Positions 1 to 14,694 of a stretch of DNA of 64,000 nucleotides are shown here, one piece after another. The notes under the pieces were generated by a model that was not told the DNA's origin, did no database searches, and was given only the letters and a program-made list of their open reading frames with translations. The stretch spans positions 20,770,001 to 20,834,000 of the forward strand of contig OX597817.1 of assembly GCA_951406725.2 (NCBI GenBank), in the 5' to 3' direction. The stretch comes from Octopus vulgaris (taxonomy: Eukaryota). The position numbers and the translations under genes were made by a program. Numbering within the stretch: the first letter of the stretch is position 1; the number at the start of each line of letters is the position of its first letter.

Positions 1-169
1 GAATCCCTGAAGATGATCTACCCGATGCTCATGGATATTACGGATTACACTTTCGATTATCCTATTAATACGTAGGGTGACCTTAAGAGACATGATTTAT
101 GGAAACGCACGTTGTGATACATTAAAGTGTTTATAAATTTTACCCAATGATTATTGTTATTATTGTAGA

Positions 170-1850
170 TTTGCATATTATAGATTTGCAGAATGTTAAA
201 TTCATTTGTGCTTCGTCGATGTGTTGACACCTGTTTTCTAACATGTTCATGGCATTTAGTTCCAACTCTTCATTTTAACTCCAATGTCATTTCAGAAATT
301 TATCCTAGGCATCAATTATAACCACTACTTTAATCAACTCCTTGTTAAAATGTACTAGAATTATATTCCAGATGTTAGCCATTAGAGACGTTTCAAGAGA
401 GTCCATTTTATCTGCCACTGTCTAAACTTCATATCTTTATTCAATATCTCTGAGTGCATTCTGAATGTAATTACAGCCATAAACGAGGAGTTCCGTACCA
501 TACACACCTGCTGGCTAATAAGTTTCTGACAAGGACATCAAAGCTCTTTCTCTTTTATTTCCTTCCAAATATCTCAGTGAATTTGCCCATCTGGTGTCAT
601 CGCAGAAAAAGTGTATACCTTTTACATGAAACTAAAAGTTGCTACAGCTTTAACACAAATAGAAACAGTAGCGTGTCTAACAAGACCCTACAAACGAGCA
701 GTACGAAACATCTAACTCGCATTCCTGCGTAATGATCGGATATATTACTGGCGCTGTAATAGAAGTGTCCTTGCAGTATTAAAATATTATACTCTTTCTT
801 TTTTTGTTAAGAAATTCTTACGCAGATGTGGGCAGTAATTCCGCTTTATGAGAACCAGTTTGCAGAAAGGTTAAAGGCCTACTTCGAAGAAAAAGCATAA
901 CTCACAATAGATGTTTGTCAATCAACATGAGAATGATCCGGTGTTAAACCTACAGATAATTAGAAATAATTGGCGGTTATAAGTTCTGTTACAATACGTT
1001 TAACATATTTTGCACTCAACAGAACGTCTCCTCCGTATATGATAGTGATAAGTAGGACTGCTTACCACGTTGAGGATTGTCAAATGCTTTCAAGTTATTG
1101 TGCAATAAGTTTCGAAACTATTCTCATTGTGCTTAGATCCTGTGATCTCTTTAGTACCACTATATGCCAGACCTGTGTAGGCTTGAAATATTGTCACGGC
1201 CACAACACCGCGAAATCTTTCAGTGCAATATTTCATGTTTACCTAGACTTGTTTTCCCAAATCCCTTTCAACATGCGAACATTCCCTAAGTAAGTTATTG
1301 TGACCTGGGTTTTGTTTATTCCTTTTCAGTTTCACTTCTCGTTAGAAAACTTAGCACAGTGGGTTGGCATCAAACTACAGTAATAACAATAAAATGCATT
1401 TATGTTGGTCTGTACGGCATCCACTTTCTCAAACACCGTTCAACGGTGCCGGAATTATCATAATACTTTGAATTTTTAAAATAATGTATGCCCATTCAGT
1501 TTGCTTTCACCTTTCTTTTTTATAATGGTGACAAGATTCTAGGATTTGAAAGATTATGGACACACATTTCTCTGGCAGAAAAATCCTAATTCGGCCATAT
1601 CCGTAGATGGCACTTAGCTATTCCTGTCAGCAAGATGTGGTGATCTCATCTAGAGTTGATATGTTTCTCTTATTTTTCAGATGCCCTTAGGTGTGCAAGC
1701 AGTTTGTTAAAACAAATATTTGTTACTGACATTTTTATTAGTGTCTACATTTCTATCGTTCAAAGTAAAGAAAAATTCAGCTACGTGCTGTGTCTTTCCC
1801 AATACAGTAGCATGTTTTCATTTGTAAATATATTTGGAGGCAGCTGAATA
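170..1850 (+). pseudogene. Decayed 3' part of an LRR-containing class A GPCR (LGR/GRL101/RXFP-like)
   Basis: Manual translation gives collinear motif remnants broken by stops/frameshifts: LRR-like TLHFNSNVISEIYPR (265-309), IRDVSRES..LPLSKLHI (381-435), LNVITAINEEFRTIHT (461-508); hinge-like YKFCY (978-992) and DCLPR*GLSNAFKLL (1056-1100); TM1-like CAISFETILIVLR (FGN-like) in ORF 970-1293; TM6-like ASSLLKQIFVTDIF in ORF 1656-1847. Confidence 0.45.
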
Positions 1851-3077
1851 TTCCGTGATACAATCTGTGTGAATATAAAAGCTGAATAAAAGCAAGGAGA
1901 AATTAGTTTCGAAATCAAAACAGGAATTTTCAACAGCCATATATACCCACATCATTTAGTGTTTCCATATGTAAATTTAGCCTGCGTCTGGGGAAGTGAT
2001 TAAGAGCAAATGGGAGGGTCACATTAAGGATTTCATTTCTATTAAATTACATTTCTTCAAAATTACGTTCCACCTTCACCGGACGTCCGTGATAGTTTTG
2101 AAAATGAATTATGTACTTCATAGATCCCTCTAAACTCGAAACTACCATATAACTCTACTTTCACTTGTTAAGAAAAATAATCTATCGGTCCAAATAATTT
2201 TATGAGAAAGAGAGTTTTATTTGTGGCGATTACGGTGTGTTCATGCAAGTGACGTCCCTCATGTCACTTTTATATTTTGACACAGTTGCCCATTTTTTTA
2301 CAAATTCACCTATTTATAACCAGAAGCTTATGGTAATAGTCATCCGCTGAAAGAGCAGCTAATCTTCAACAGATATAGCTGAATCTTGGTAGCGATAGAC
2401 AGTCAGAAAAATAAAGTTTAAAACTAGGAACGACGGCAACGGTGACTATACTATCATAACTGAAGATTTTTGTTGAGAACGTAACACTAAAATAAAAATA
2501 ACAGTAAATTGGTAGACTGACCATGATGGAAAATATAAAACAAGAAATAAAAGATTACGCTTAATGGAAAACAAACATTTGAACAAGGCATATTCCAAAT
2601 TTGAAAGAAAGAAAACTAGTTTTTATCTGTGAAGTAATCTTACGCATAAAAGGTAATTTTATTATAAAAACACTAGACTTGAAATTAAAATTTTGAGAGC
2701 TAAAACAGTCTTAACCTTTTCGTTCGTAAATATCATCAGGCAAACAAAAATATACTTCAATATCGAACAGAATAATGAACTTTAAGGGGTGGCATTGTAC
2801 ATGAGTTTGTGTTTATATATGGTTGCGTGCAGGAGTGTGTGCATGTGCGCGGTTGCAGGAGTGTGAGCATGAGCGTGCATGCGTCTGTCTGTGTTTGTTC
2901 GTGTGTGAGTATGCATGTGTGTGTATGTGTGTATGAGTGCGTCTCTGTGCATATGTCTTAATTACAGTGTTTTAATTAAATCCTGAAACCCGCGGGCCAT
3001 CCTATGGTCAAACAAATTCTATCTATCGACCTATCACTCGATCTACCTACCAATTTACCAAAATTTATATAGACAGG

Positions 3078-3360
3078 TGTGAAAGCGCATGGGCTAGTGG
3101 TTAGGGAGCTGCACTCACGATCGCAAGGTCGTAGGTTCAATTCCTAGACCGCGTGATGCGTTGTGTTCTTGTGCAACACATTCATATCATGTTGCTCTGC
3201 AATCATTTCGAGATCTGATATGTTGTACATCATGTGTTGCCGATTTGATGGAGAATGTACAGAACATACTTTTGATCATTTCTGCAGGTCTTTCGTAAAA
3301 ACTGAACACTCACACGTCAACTTCGATAGGAGATTCCATCACATAGACAGATGCTTCGAA
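3078..3360 (+). mobile_element. Diverged tRNA-derived SINE
   Basis: Head gggctagtggttaggg (A-box-like) ... ggttcaattcc (B-box-like), related to the head of the SINEs at 4863 and 33190; 3' boundary approximate. Confidence 0.65.
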
Positions 3361-4862
3361 TTACTGAATATTTTACAGGGAATTCTCGTTTTTATTACTT
3401 TTGTTTTTGTACTTTGTTTTTCATTGTCCACTACCTGAATAAATTCCAAGGGATTTTAATCTTTCGTAGCTACTTTCATTTTAGAGAACTTGGTGTCGCT
3501 AAAGTGGAGAATTGTATTCTATCCACTAATAGATAGTAAAAGGACTTTTGCATGGTAGCTGGCAGGAAGGGTGAAAAAGCCTCCAATATTTAGAGCTGAT
3601 ATCCGGAGCAAATTCCTATTTTTCAGCCACTGGTTTTGATAAATTCCCACTTAAATATCACAATACTAAACAGTACATCGGACACTCTTACATCACAGGT
3701 AATAATAACATTCGAATGGTTTCCGTTTTCATATCTTACCACACTACCCATTAGGACACATACGATCTGAGAAATATATAGAAAAATACATATATATTAT
3801 AGGCACATACCCATATATGCATAAATAAATACATGCATACATCTATGCATACAACTGCTTAAAAACATCCAGCTCGTATTTCCAGTTAACAAATTAACGT
3901 TTAGGCAAATAATAGTTGAAACACCTAGATTTGCAAGTAAATGTCTATCTATCATTCTAGATGAGCTCGGATTTTCAGAAAAAGAAATCAAGTAAAACAC
4001 TCGCAAATTACAGTAAGACTATGCAACACATTTTAAGGTTTAAAATGTGATGTTGTTATCTTTATCTATATTCCGAAATTGGGACAATGTACTTTTGTTA
4101 GAAACTAGCCTCTTCTCCAGTGGACGAAATCCGGAAGAATCATAAATACATATATACATGCATATACACATACATATATAAGTAGGTACGTACATACACA
4201 CATAGATACATCCATATATACATACGTACACATGCATATGTATTTATATGTATATATGTATATGTATAGAAGTAATTAATATTCAGTTGAATTAGGTATT
4301 GAAGTTGAAGCACCAAGTCAGTTCCGTTCAGTATTATCTGCACAAGTAGAAGTAATGTGAATAAAATCAAAATAAATAACAGGGTTTGAAGTAGTAATGC
4401 ATTATGTTTATACTATTACAAATAGTTATATCAGTACACACTTATTATTGTATATTTATATTTAATTATGTCTATATATTATCATTCATTCTATTACCCT
4501 GCTTCTGATTCCTTACATTCAATAAATAGATAGTACGTATAACTTTCCAGATAAATTCCACATGTAAGTGGTTTGAGTGGTCTTTATAGAGACCACCTAA
4601 CAATTAATTAAATAAAGATGAGGTATTTAGCTGAAGCTTCATTTTAACGTTTAAATTGATCTATATATCACTTTTAGCTAACTTGGTTATAATATCCCTT
4701 TCTGGAATTTAAAAAGGATATTTTATTTTTATACAACATAATAATATTGTTTATAAACTTTCTCATTGTAGCATAATGAGTTTAATAGTGTTTGTCCGTT
4801 TAACTGGTAATAACATCATGAATTAATGTCACCCCTTACCATACCTATTTTATAGACATTTA

Positions 4863-5250
4863 AGTGGAGGCGCAATGGCCCAGTGGTTAGGGCAGCGGAC
4901 TCGCGGTCATAGGATCGCGCTTTCGATTCCCAGACCGGGCGTTGTGAGTGTTTATTGAGCGAAAACACCTAAAAGCTCCACGAGGCTCCGGCAGGGGGTG
5001 GTGGTGATCCCTGCTGTACTCTTTCACCACAACTCTCGCTCACTCTTACTTCCTTGTTTCTGTTGTACCTGTATTTCAAGGGGCCGGCCTTGTCACTCTC
5101 TGTGTCACGCTGAACATCGCCGAGAACTACGTTAAGGGTGCACGTGTCTGTGGAGTGCTCAGCCACTTACACGTTAATTTCATGAGCAGGCTGTTCCGTT
5201 GATTCGGGTCAACCGGAACCCTCATCGTCGTAACCGACGGAGTGCTTCCA
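4863..5250 (+). mobile_element. Full-length tRNA-derived SINE (octopus OR-type, long tail) with 12-bp TSD
   Basis: tRNA-like head ggcgcaatggcccagtggttagggc...ttcgattccc; perfect target-site duplication tatagacattta at 4851-4862 and 5251-5262. Confidence 0.9.
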
Positions 5251-5897
5251 TATAGACATTTACTACAATCTAATTGATTCTTTCTAAAGTTTTGTTTCTT
5301 TTTCTAGTGGGTAGAGTGCTACCTGTGACAGCATGAAGTTCATGACCAACAGCCAGCTATGATCTGTCAACTCACTTTGCTCTTTATTTTAAATATACGT
5401 AGTCTGGTAGTCTTCAGTTTCTGCTGATGATATGGAGATAGATTAATTCGAAATGTATTACAATACTATGAACCCCACATTGTTCCATGCCACACTAAAA
5501 TTTGTAGTTAATGCTTCTCTTAGCTATTTTTGCTACCATAGTGACAACATGATATTCTTCCATCATCTTGCTCTTTTACAATATTTGATAAAAATTATAT
5601 CAATATATCTTGTCTGCTTAAAATCACTATTTGTACAGCTGAAGATACCACTGTATATAAATTGATGTCAACATTGGATTGTTCAATTAAATGGAGCCGC
5701 TTTAAACGGTCGTACTGCATTACTATTGGAAATTCTGTTACTTCTTTGATTTTATGCATGCTGGAGATTTTTCTGAAGATCCGAGATCTTACAGAATGAC
5801 AGGTAGACAAATACTTGCAAAAGCAGATACCCCGATTGTTATTTATATAAATGTTAATTTGTTAAACAGAAATACAAGATGAACTTTTCCAAGCCAT

Positions 5898-5946
<49 letters not shown>

Positions 5947-6009
5947 GTGTGTGTGTGTGTACATCAATCACATAACGATGAGGTATTCGTCGAATAGTTT
6001 TAGTTAACT

Positions 6010-6056
6010 AAAACTGTCAGAGGAACGGGAACGTGAAACTCTGAGTAACAGCTTTT
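6010..6056 (+). ncRNA. Type I minimal hammerhead ribozyme motif (U4A variant)
   Basis: Stem I ctgt/acag (extendable aaaa/tttt), core CAGAGGA 6018-6024, stem II acg-GGAA-cgt, GAAA 6035-6038, near-palindromic stem III actctgagt, GUA cleavage triplet 6045-6047. Confidence 0.65.
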
Positions 6057-6156
6057 GTTATATTTCTGCTGCTTTTAAATAAAGAATATTACTCTACCTC
6101 TGGTATCTGAGTACTCTTTTTTTCGACCTTGTTTCACATTTATGTGCTTACTTCGG

Positions 6157-6975
<819 letters not shown>

Positions 6976-7011
6976 ACACATATATGTGTATCTATCTTTC
7001 AATCTATCTAG

Positions 7012-7055
<44 letters not shown>

Positions 7056-7070
7056 AAAGAAATATATATG

Positions 7071-7488
7071 TTCTTTTATTCTTTTACTTGTTTCAGTTAT
7101 TTCCATGCGGCCAGGCAGGAGCACCGCCTTTAGTCAAAGAAATTGATTCCACGACTTAGTCGTAGTAAGCCTAGTACTTATTCTACTCTATCGGACCCTT
7201 TTGTAGACCGGCTATGTTACGGGGACGTAAACACGCTAGCATCGCTTGTCAAGCGATGTTAAGGGGGCAAGCACAGGCACTCACACACATACACACGCGC
7301 ACACACGCAGGTGCACACACATATTCGACCTGCTTCTTTCAGTTTCCGTCTACCAAATCCACTCACAAGGCTTTGGTCGGCCCGAGGCTATGGAAGAAGA
7401 CGCTTGCCCATGTTGCCACACAGTAGGACTGAACACGGAAACATGTGGCTAGGAAGCATGCTTCTTACCACACAGTCACATCTGCGCC
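7071..7488 (-). mobile_element. Abundant octopus tRNA-derived SINE (bipartite, internal (CA)/(TA) tract)
   Basis: Near-identical organisation to copies at 7566, 9326, 41351, 58587, 62908; minus-strand head ggcgcag..gtgtggtaag..gttcagtcc. Confidence 0.88.
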
Positions 7489-7565
7489 TATATATATATA
7501 TACATGCACAACATGCAGTAGGTACGTTATCACCATTTTATATTCTTAATAACGTGCGTGCGCAT

Positions 7566-7956
7566 TCTTTTTTTTTACTTGTTTCAGTCATTTGACTGCG
7601 GCCATGCTGGAGCACCGCCTTTAGTCGAGCAAATCGACCCTGGGACTCATTCATTGTAAGCCCAGTACTTTTTGTATCGGTCCCTTTTGTCGAACCGCTA
7701 AGTGACATAAACATACCAGCATCTGTTATCAAGCAATGCTAGGGGGACAAACACAGACACACAAACACACACACACATATATATACATATATACGACAGG
7801 CTTCTTTCAGTTTCCGTCTACCAAATCCACTCACAAGGCATTGGTCGGCCCGGGGCTATAGTAGAAGACAGTTAGCCAAGATGCCACGCAGTGGGACTGG
7901 ACCCTGGACCATGTGGTTGGTTAGCAAGCTACTTACCCCACAGCCACTCCTGCGCC
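7566..7956 (-). mobile_element. Abundant octopus tRNA-derived SINE
   Basis: ttttacttgtttcagtcatttgactgcggccatgctggagc ... cacagccactcctgcgcc; same family as 7071-7488. Confidence 0.9.
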
Positions 7957-8983
7957 TTTGTTCTTAATTTTCTCTGCGATGGAGTACTATATGGTCACAG
8001 ACGGTGCCCAACTGAAGCATGCCGTCTTTACATACGGCCTTTTATTCGCGTTTCTGCCTCATTCACTATAAAAATCCACTTTTCATGGATAATGTACCTT
8101 GCTGGCATCTATATGCGTGTACGTGCGCATCTATATATGTGTACGTGCACATCTTTTAGTATGTTTATGTATGTTTTTGTCTGTTTGTATGTATTTTTAA
8201 AGGCACCTATTTTGTCACTGAATTTTGATACCAACAAAATTTGAAACATGTTTTTCAAGCAGCTAAAGATATCATCTAATTTTGTCATCCTCGAAGCATA
8301 ACTTGGGTAGAAAAGCAAAATTAATTATAAATAAATTCACACTCAATTGGAAGTATATATTATTTTTGCTCTTTAAGTTATATTAGTGCAATGTAATAAA
8401 AAAAAAATGCACAATTTCTGAATTGGTGACATCTCATTGCAATTAAAATTTCATCAATATCCCATAGACCGTACGTTTATTGTTCTTCGTTTTGTAGTTC
8501 TTTAGGCAGCGTGATCATTAAAATCGCATAGGAAGGACAATGTGTCATTGAAGTTTAAATTGTTTCAAATAAAATATATTCAAAATGAAATATAATAAAA
8601 ATGTATTTATGCAATTTTTTTTTTCTTTGCATCTTTGATACTGATACATATGGCAGTAAATGCTATATTTTTAACGGTATTAAAACGAATATATTTTAAA
8701 CGCTCATCCTTCAATCAGTATATGCAAAACAATAGAAAAACTAGGCTGGCATCTGTGCCGTACTGTTTTTGACAGTATAATCAATCATATACGAAATATT
8801 TCATATTCTTTCAATTGGAATTTCCTAGTCTATAAATATGACTATGAATCGGATAAAGTAGTGAAAAAAAAGCAGCAGAAAAAGCTTGATACGATAAAAT
8901 CAATATTTCTTTGTTTACTCCAAATTCATTAGAGGTAATCAAATTACACACACACATACACATACACCTGCGCGCATACACAA

Positions 8984-9068
<85 letters not shown>

Positions 9069-9284
9069 AATATGCCTATACCCCTATATTGATCACCACC
9101 TAGAATACTCTGTGAGAACGGAAAAGTGCACAGACTATATTAAAAGACTAACTGCATGCTCCTCTGGAATTGGTGAAATTGATGAAAACAGTTGTACTGC
9201 GAACGCTATAAGGCTCAAAAATTGATTAGGGATCTTCGAGATATACTTCAATATTCGGTGCTTATGAATTTTTATAACCCAAAT

Positions 9285-9325
<41 letters not shown>

Positions 9326-9328
<3 letters not shown>

Positions 9329-9690
9329 TCTTTTACTCTTTTACTTGTTTCAGTCATTTGACTGCGGACACGCTGGAGCACCACCTTTAGTCGACCAAAT
9401 CGACCCCGGGACTCATTCTTTCTAAGCCCAGTACTTATTCTATCGGTCTCTTTTGCCGAATCGCTAAGTGACGGGGACGTAAATACAGCAGCATCGGTTG
9501 TCAAACACACAAATATATATATATATACATATATACGACAGACTTCTTTTAGTTTCCGTCTACCAAATCCACTCACAAGGCTTTGGTCGGCCCGAGGCTA
9601 TAGTAGAAGACACTTGCTCAAGATGCCACGCATTGGGACTGAACGCGGAACCATGTGGTTGGTAAGCAAGCTACTTACCACACAGCCACT

Positions 9691-9692
<2 letters not shown>
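9326..9692 (-). mobile_element. Abundant octopus tRNA-derived SINE in (TA)n
   Basis: Same family sequence, flanked by (TA)n on both sides. Confidence 0.9.
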
Positions 9693-9735
<43 letters not shown>

Positions 9736-10679
9736 TCACACATTGTTTATTTATTTTATTTAAACAATTTCTAGTGCGGTGTTTCATCCAGCAAAAATTA
9801 TTTTAAGTCATACGACGCAAAAAACAACAACATTGTATATTGCTGTATCAGCAGATAGAACTTATGCAACTTGAAATTTGTGTAACTAGAATGTATAGCG
9901 CCGATCATTTTCGTCCCGCTCTGAGGCGATTCATATCGTTTAGGTTGTGAAGTATTGTGCTCTTTAACACAGTACGTCTTAAAGGGTCTTCATTTGGAAT
10001 ATATACTACACCCTACAAACGTTTCAACGAGTCCTATACACATGAAGACTGTGACGTGAACAACGTTTACATTATTATAACTGCTTCTAAATCAAAATGT
10101 TGTTTTACTTGTAAAAAACAATGTGTTACGTCCAATTAATCTTGCTTTGCGAAAATATATTCTCAATTTTCTTAACGTAGACTTCCTTGAATTTTATTTC
10201 TTTGACGTAATTTATATAATTACTTCTCCGAATAAAGTAATAACAATACTGTTTTTTGTTTTGATTTTCGGAGGAAAAGAGACATGAATATTTCTTTCCA
10301 GGAAACGTTAAATCAGTTATTTAAAAACATCAACACATACATAAGAATATTAGTTCTTCAGAAACATGAAATCATGAGGGTTATGAATATTTTCTTATAC
10401 TAAATCCATAAGATTAAAGACACTGACAGACCTAATCTATGCTTATACTTTACTCATTGAAGAATTCTAACAGAACATAAGCTTGTCTGAGATGGTTTCT
10501 AGTGCCAACAGAACCTTCAGTGTCCTTGGAGGCGCCACATCACTTTTCAAAGATCCAGTTCACGAAGAAGTAAGTTGACACTACAAGGGGACTTATTGAA
10601 AACTTAGTAGGAGTGCAGGTGAGGAATTATCTACATTATGTACATTATTTACAATCGACAGATATTTGTTCTCATCTTG

Positions 10680-10811
10680 TTTGTTGTTTACCCTCCAGCC
10701 TTCATCATGTGTCTTGGGGAAATTTCGAACCTGCGTATTTTTCGATGTTATTATACAGGTCACAGCCTGGAATCGAACTCGGAATCTTGGAGTTATTAGC
10801 CGACGCTCTTT
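10680..10811 (-). mobile_element. tRNA-SINE fragment
   Basis: Minus strand reads agagcgtcggctaataactccaagattccgagttcgattccaggc (B-box-like gttcgattcc); the motif cttggggaaatttcgaac recurs at ~25501. Confidence 0.55.
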
Positions 10812-11082
10812 AGGGTCAGTGTTTTGACTGCTATTTCGGCATGGTGGTATCTTTCAGATACACTTATTTATAGTTTTAAATAATTATTACCTTTGTATGG
10901 TATTTATTCCCATGCTGGCCACTTGATGTGATCGATATTATCCTTATTTATAAATTTATATAATTCGTCACTGTATTCACTGCGGTATTTAATTTTGACT
11001 ATATCGCGCTTGTGAGGTGTTTGGCGGGCAATTTGGACTGGCTTTGTACATACGTGCATGTATATGTATGTATGGACGTTCG

Positions 11083-11140
<58 letters not shown>

Positions 11141-11145
<5 letters not shown>

Positions 11146-13004
11146 GATCAAAATAAAAACATGATGCCAAGGATTCAGCGGTACATATGTTTCGGGCCTT
11201 TATTAGACAGATTTATAACAATGCATAATGTATGTCTGTGGCCTTCTTCAGCCGCGCACAACAGCTTCCACAAGGACATGTGTTACATCAAAAATTCTTG
11301 GTTGGGGATGCAAATCCTCTCATTCGCGTACGACATAATGCGGCAACAGCATAGAATTGAAGCGTCCATCTCTTTCTTCTCTCAATGTAGAATGAGGAAA
11401 TTTGGATGTTGAAGTAATGTAAATAAATAAATACATATATAGACGTGAAGATGGAGGGGCGAGAATTCAGGACGAGGGATAAAAAATGTATGTATAAAAA
11501 GTGTAAGTATAGAAAAAATATAAAAATGTAGAGTATAAAGATATAAAGGGATATAAGGAGATGTAAAGGGGGTATAAAGAATATAAAGAAATATAAATGA
11601 ATGTAAAGGCATAAGGTTATAAAGTAAAATAGAAATAGAAATAAAAGTAAAAAGTAAAAAAATAAAAATAGGAATAAACATGATAAAAATGTAAAAAAAT
11701 ATAAAGATAAGGGATGTATAGAGGTTACGGACCAAACATGGTGGTCAGGAGATTGATAAAGTTTAGTTGTAGAAGTTGTCTGGGGACCTAGTGTGTTGTA
11801 AATCAGAGCTGTTGAGCGTTTAATCTAGTTCTTTGAATTAATTGGTCATCTTGTACATACATACCATCATGGATACATACACCCATATACACGCGCACAT
11901 ATACCGCGCATACACGGCTCCAAGCCTATAAGCATACACACGCACTCACGTGTAAACATGTACATAAACACACATACACCCACACGCACGCGCGTACATA
12001 TACATACATACAACAGAATATCCGCATGTATACACGGACATTATACGTGTACACACCCATATATACATACGTGCGTCCATCCTTACATACACATACACAT
12101 ATGCCCACGCTTCCAGGTTTAGATATAAGATATTAAAGGATGTATATAAGAACGTATGTAAAGAATCACGCACTCACGTCCACACGTGCACGCACACACG
12201 GCTGTGTGTCCATATGTGCGTGCACATATACACTTACATACACACACAGAGACATACGCGCATATGGGTATAGCTATAAGATATTAAAAGATGTATACAA
12301 ATAGGTGTAAACATATGAGTATAAGAAAACATGTAAAAAAATGTAAAGAAATACGGGGTATGCACATCCAGACGTAGATGTTTACTCGTACATATGTACA
12401 CATATGTATACGTATACATACGTACACGGACGCTCGTATAATCATAAAGCGGATCCATAGGTAAGTAAATAAGGGATAAGCAAAAAAATAGACATATATA
12501 GAGATATAAAGCGATAAGTTAGGGGTAAGAATGAGGGTAAGAGTAAAAATTAGAAATAAAAGTAAGAAATACAATATAAAATAAGAAATACAATGTAAAA
12601 GTTAGAAATGAAATATAAAAATTATAAAAATTATAAGAATTAAGATAAGGGATGAAAATAAAAATGAGAATAAAGGTAAAGCGAAGTAGAATAGGATAAA
12701 GCAAAATAAAAGTAAAAATAAAAATAAAATAAAATAAAATAAAATAAAATAAAATATAAATATAATTTGGTAAAGTTTAACATGAGATGAAGGTGGTTGG
12801 AAGTTAGAGGTGTGTGTTAAAGGTGCCCACGTAGGGGCGGGCGGGGGGAACTGAAAGTTGGAAGGGTGGGAAGTGGAGTTTGGCGGTGTGCGTTCAACAT
12901 CCGAGTTAGAAATGTGAAAGGGTATAGATATAGGGAAATAAAGAGACTATATAGGAAGGATATGGGTGTAGGAGAAGAAATATGTAGGGAAAAAAAGATG
13001 TATG

Positions 13005-13008
<4 letters not shown>
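11141..13008 (-). mobile_element. Hammerhead-bearing non-coding retroelement (Penelope-like/retrozyme-like), copy 1
   Basis: 11141-~12040 is closely repeated at 43991-44888; bounded by (TA)n; purine-rich low-complexity body; carries a hammerhead at 11178-11255. Confidence 0.75.
11178..11255 (-). ncRNA. Type I hammerhead ribozyme, canonical core
   Basis: Minus strand: gcgg-CUGAAGA-aggcc...ggccc-GAAA-cauaug-UA-ccgc. Stem I gcgg/ccgc, stem II ggcc/ggcc extended by acaga/ucugu, palindromic stem III ACAUAUGU (11183-11190), GUA triplet; predicted cut between 11182 and 11181. Confidence 0.85.
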
Positions 13009-13047
<39 letters not shown>

Positions 13048-13168
13048 ATATTTCGGAATGGTCATATTCGGAATGGCCAGTTAAGCCAATAAAAACACAC
13101 GCACTATATATTTGGTTTTATTTTGCTTCAGTGTTATTTATTTTTTACATTAATCTTAAACTTATTTC

Positions 13169-13213
13169 GGTCAGAGTTCTTTCGTCACACTCATGTGACC
13201 GCATCAGTGGTCC
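13169..13213 (-). ncRNA. Degenerate hammerhead-like motif
   Basis: Minus strand: ggacca-CUGAUGC-g-gucaca-ugag-ugugac-GAAA-gaac-UC-ugacc; perfect 6-bp stem II, but A9C and imperfect stems I and III. Confidence 0.4.
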
Positions 13214-14694
13214 TTTGTTTTCTTCTTTCTTATTTGTGTCTCACCTTACTAACCATTAGCCATTTTGTATTTCTATTGTATGTCTTTATTTGCGCATGCT
13301 TATATCTCTATGTGCGTCTATGTTTATTTAGTGTGTGAATGTGGGGAGATGTATACATATATATATATATATATATATTCGTATTACACTCATTTTCCTT
13401 TGCACACGTTACTAAAGGATTTTCAATGTGATTACCGATAAAAGGTAGTGACTCATTCTATGTACAATACATTTGTTGGTGTATTAATATAATCATATGT
13501 AATCATGTTGTATAGTCAACATCAACAGCTTCTGTCCTTTTATATAAACATTCTTTCTAACTTGGGAAGTACTTTAAACAACAAAACTGTTTTGACCAAA
13601 ACTGTTTCGCCTGGAGCACACGTAATTGTCTTTGTCCCTCTGAGAATCGTTTTATATTGAACCAGCCAAGCGTAACTTTAACTTGAAACTTGAATACGCA
13701 TACTAATGACATAAATAGTGCACTGTATTAGATAATCTGGTTGCATCATTTGATAGAATGACGATAATCTTATCAAAACATTACTGGAATTGTACTGAAA
13801 ATCTAATGAAAATAATGCTGTATATCCTTTCATTGCATAAGAGTTACCTACCAATTAACATCCCTTGTCACAGATATGGCACATCATTAAATATTGTCTC
13901 TATCAAGTGATTCCCAGTAGCAAATAAGAATATTTAAGTAGCAGCCCATGGCAAATAGTCTTATTTAGAACTAGTAAGCAACGCGCTATATATAAGACAC
14001 TTTCGGAATCATTCTATAAAGATCTATGTCGGGAAATACTTGGTTAATGAAGATTTTATTTTAGAATTTTTGTGTATATGGATTTCTCTGGATTTTTCAA
14101 TGTGATTACATATACACTGTGATTATATATACATAGTTGGGAATGCGTCTGCACATGTATATGGATTATTAAATAAGAAACACAATCAAAGGAAATTTCG
14201 TGTTCGCTTTCGTGGTAAAATTTATTTACACTGTTTAAGAGAGTATATTTACATTCGTGAGCTGAGAATCTTCATATTAGCGGCAAAATACTTCCCATGA
14301 TAATTTCCATAAACAAATGATTTCAGTTGATACCCTATACCATGTCAAACTTTAAAATTTCCATCGGATATGGTAGAAAAATCTGGTTATAAATCATCTT
14401 GAAATTGTTGTAGCACTGAAGCCATAAGTACGAGTGGAATCTGCTAAATTTTGAAAAGTCATTTAGTGTTAGACAGGGTGTTTCCTACTTCATTATAGTT
14501 TGAGCGAAGCAGAGTTCTGTCAGACGCTATATAGACTGGATGTATAGGAAGCACAAAAAGAAATAGATGTAGAAACAAATAAATAGACACATACCTACAT
14601 ATTTTTGAACACACGCACCCACACAAATGCGTATACACATGAAGTGTTGCAGTGCATCCTATTTATTGTATAACGTTAATTTCATAGACTTTTT

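Noticed and set aside
4115-4140. ggacgaaatccggaagaa: GAAA plus palindrome
   Set aside because: No CUGANGA core or NUH triplet.
4866-4940. tRNA-like sequence (also at 33191 and 3088)
   Set aside because: SINE heads with TSDs and SINE bodies; not free-standing tRNA genes.
11017-11412. ORF MMPRIQRYICFGPLLDRF... repeated at 44015-44266
   Set aside because: Antisense read-through of the duplicated hammerhead element; conservation is explained by the repeat.
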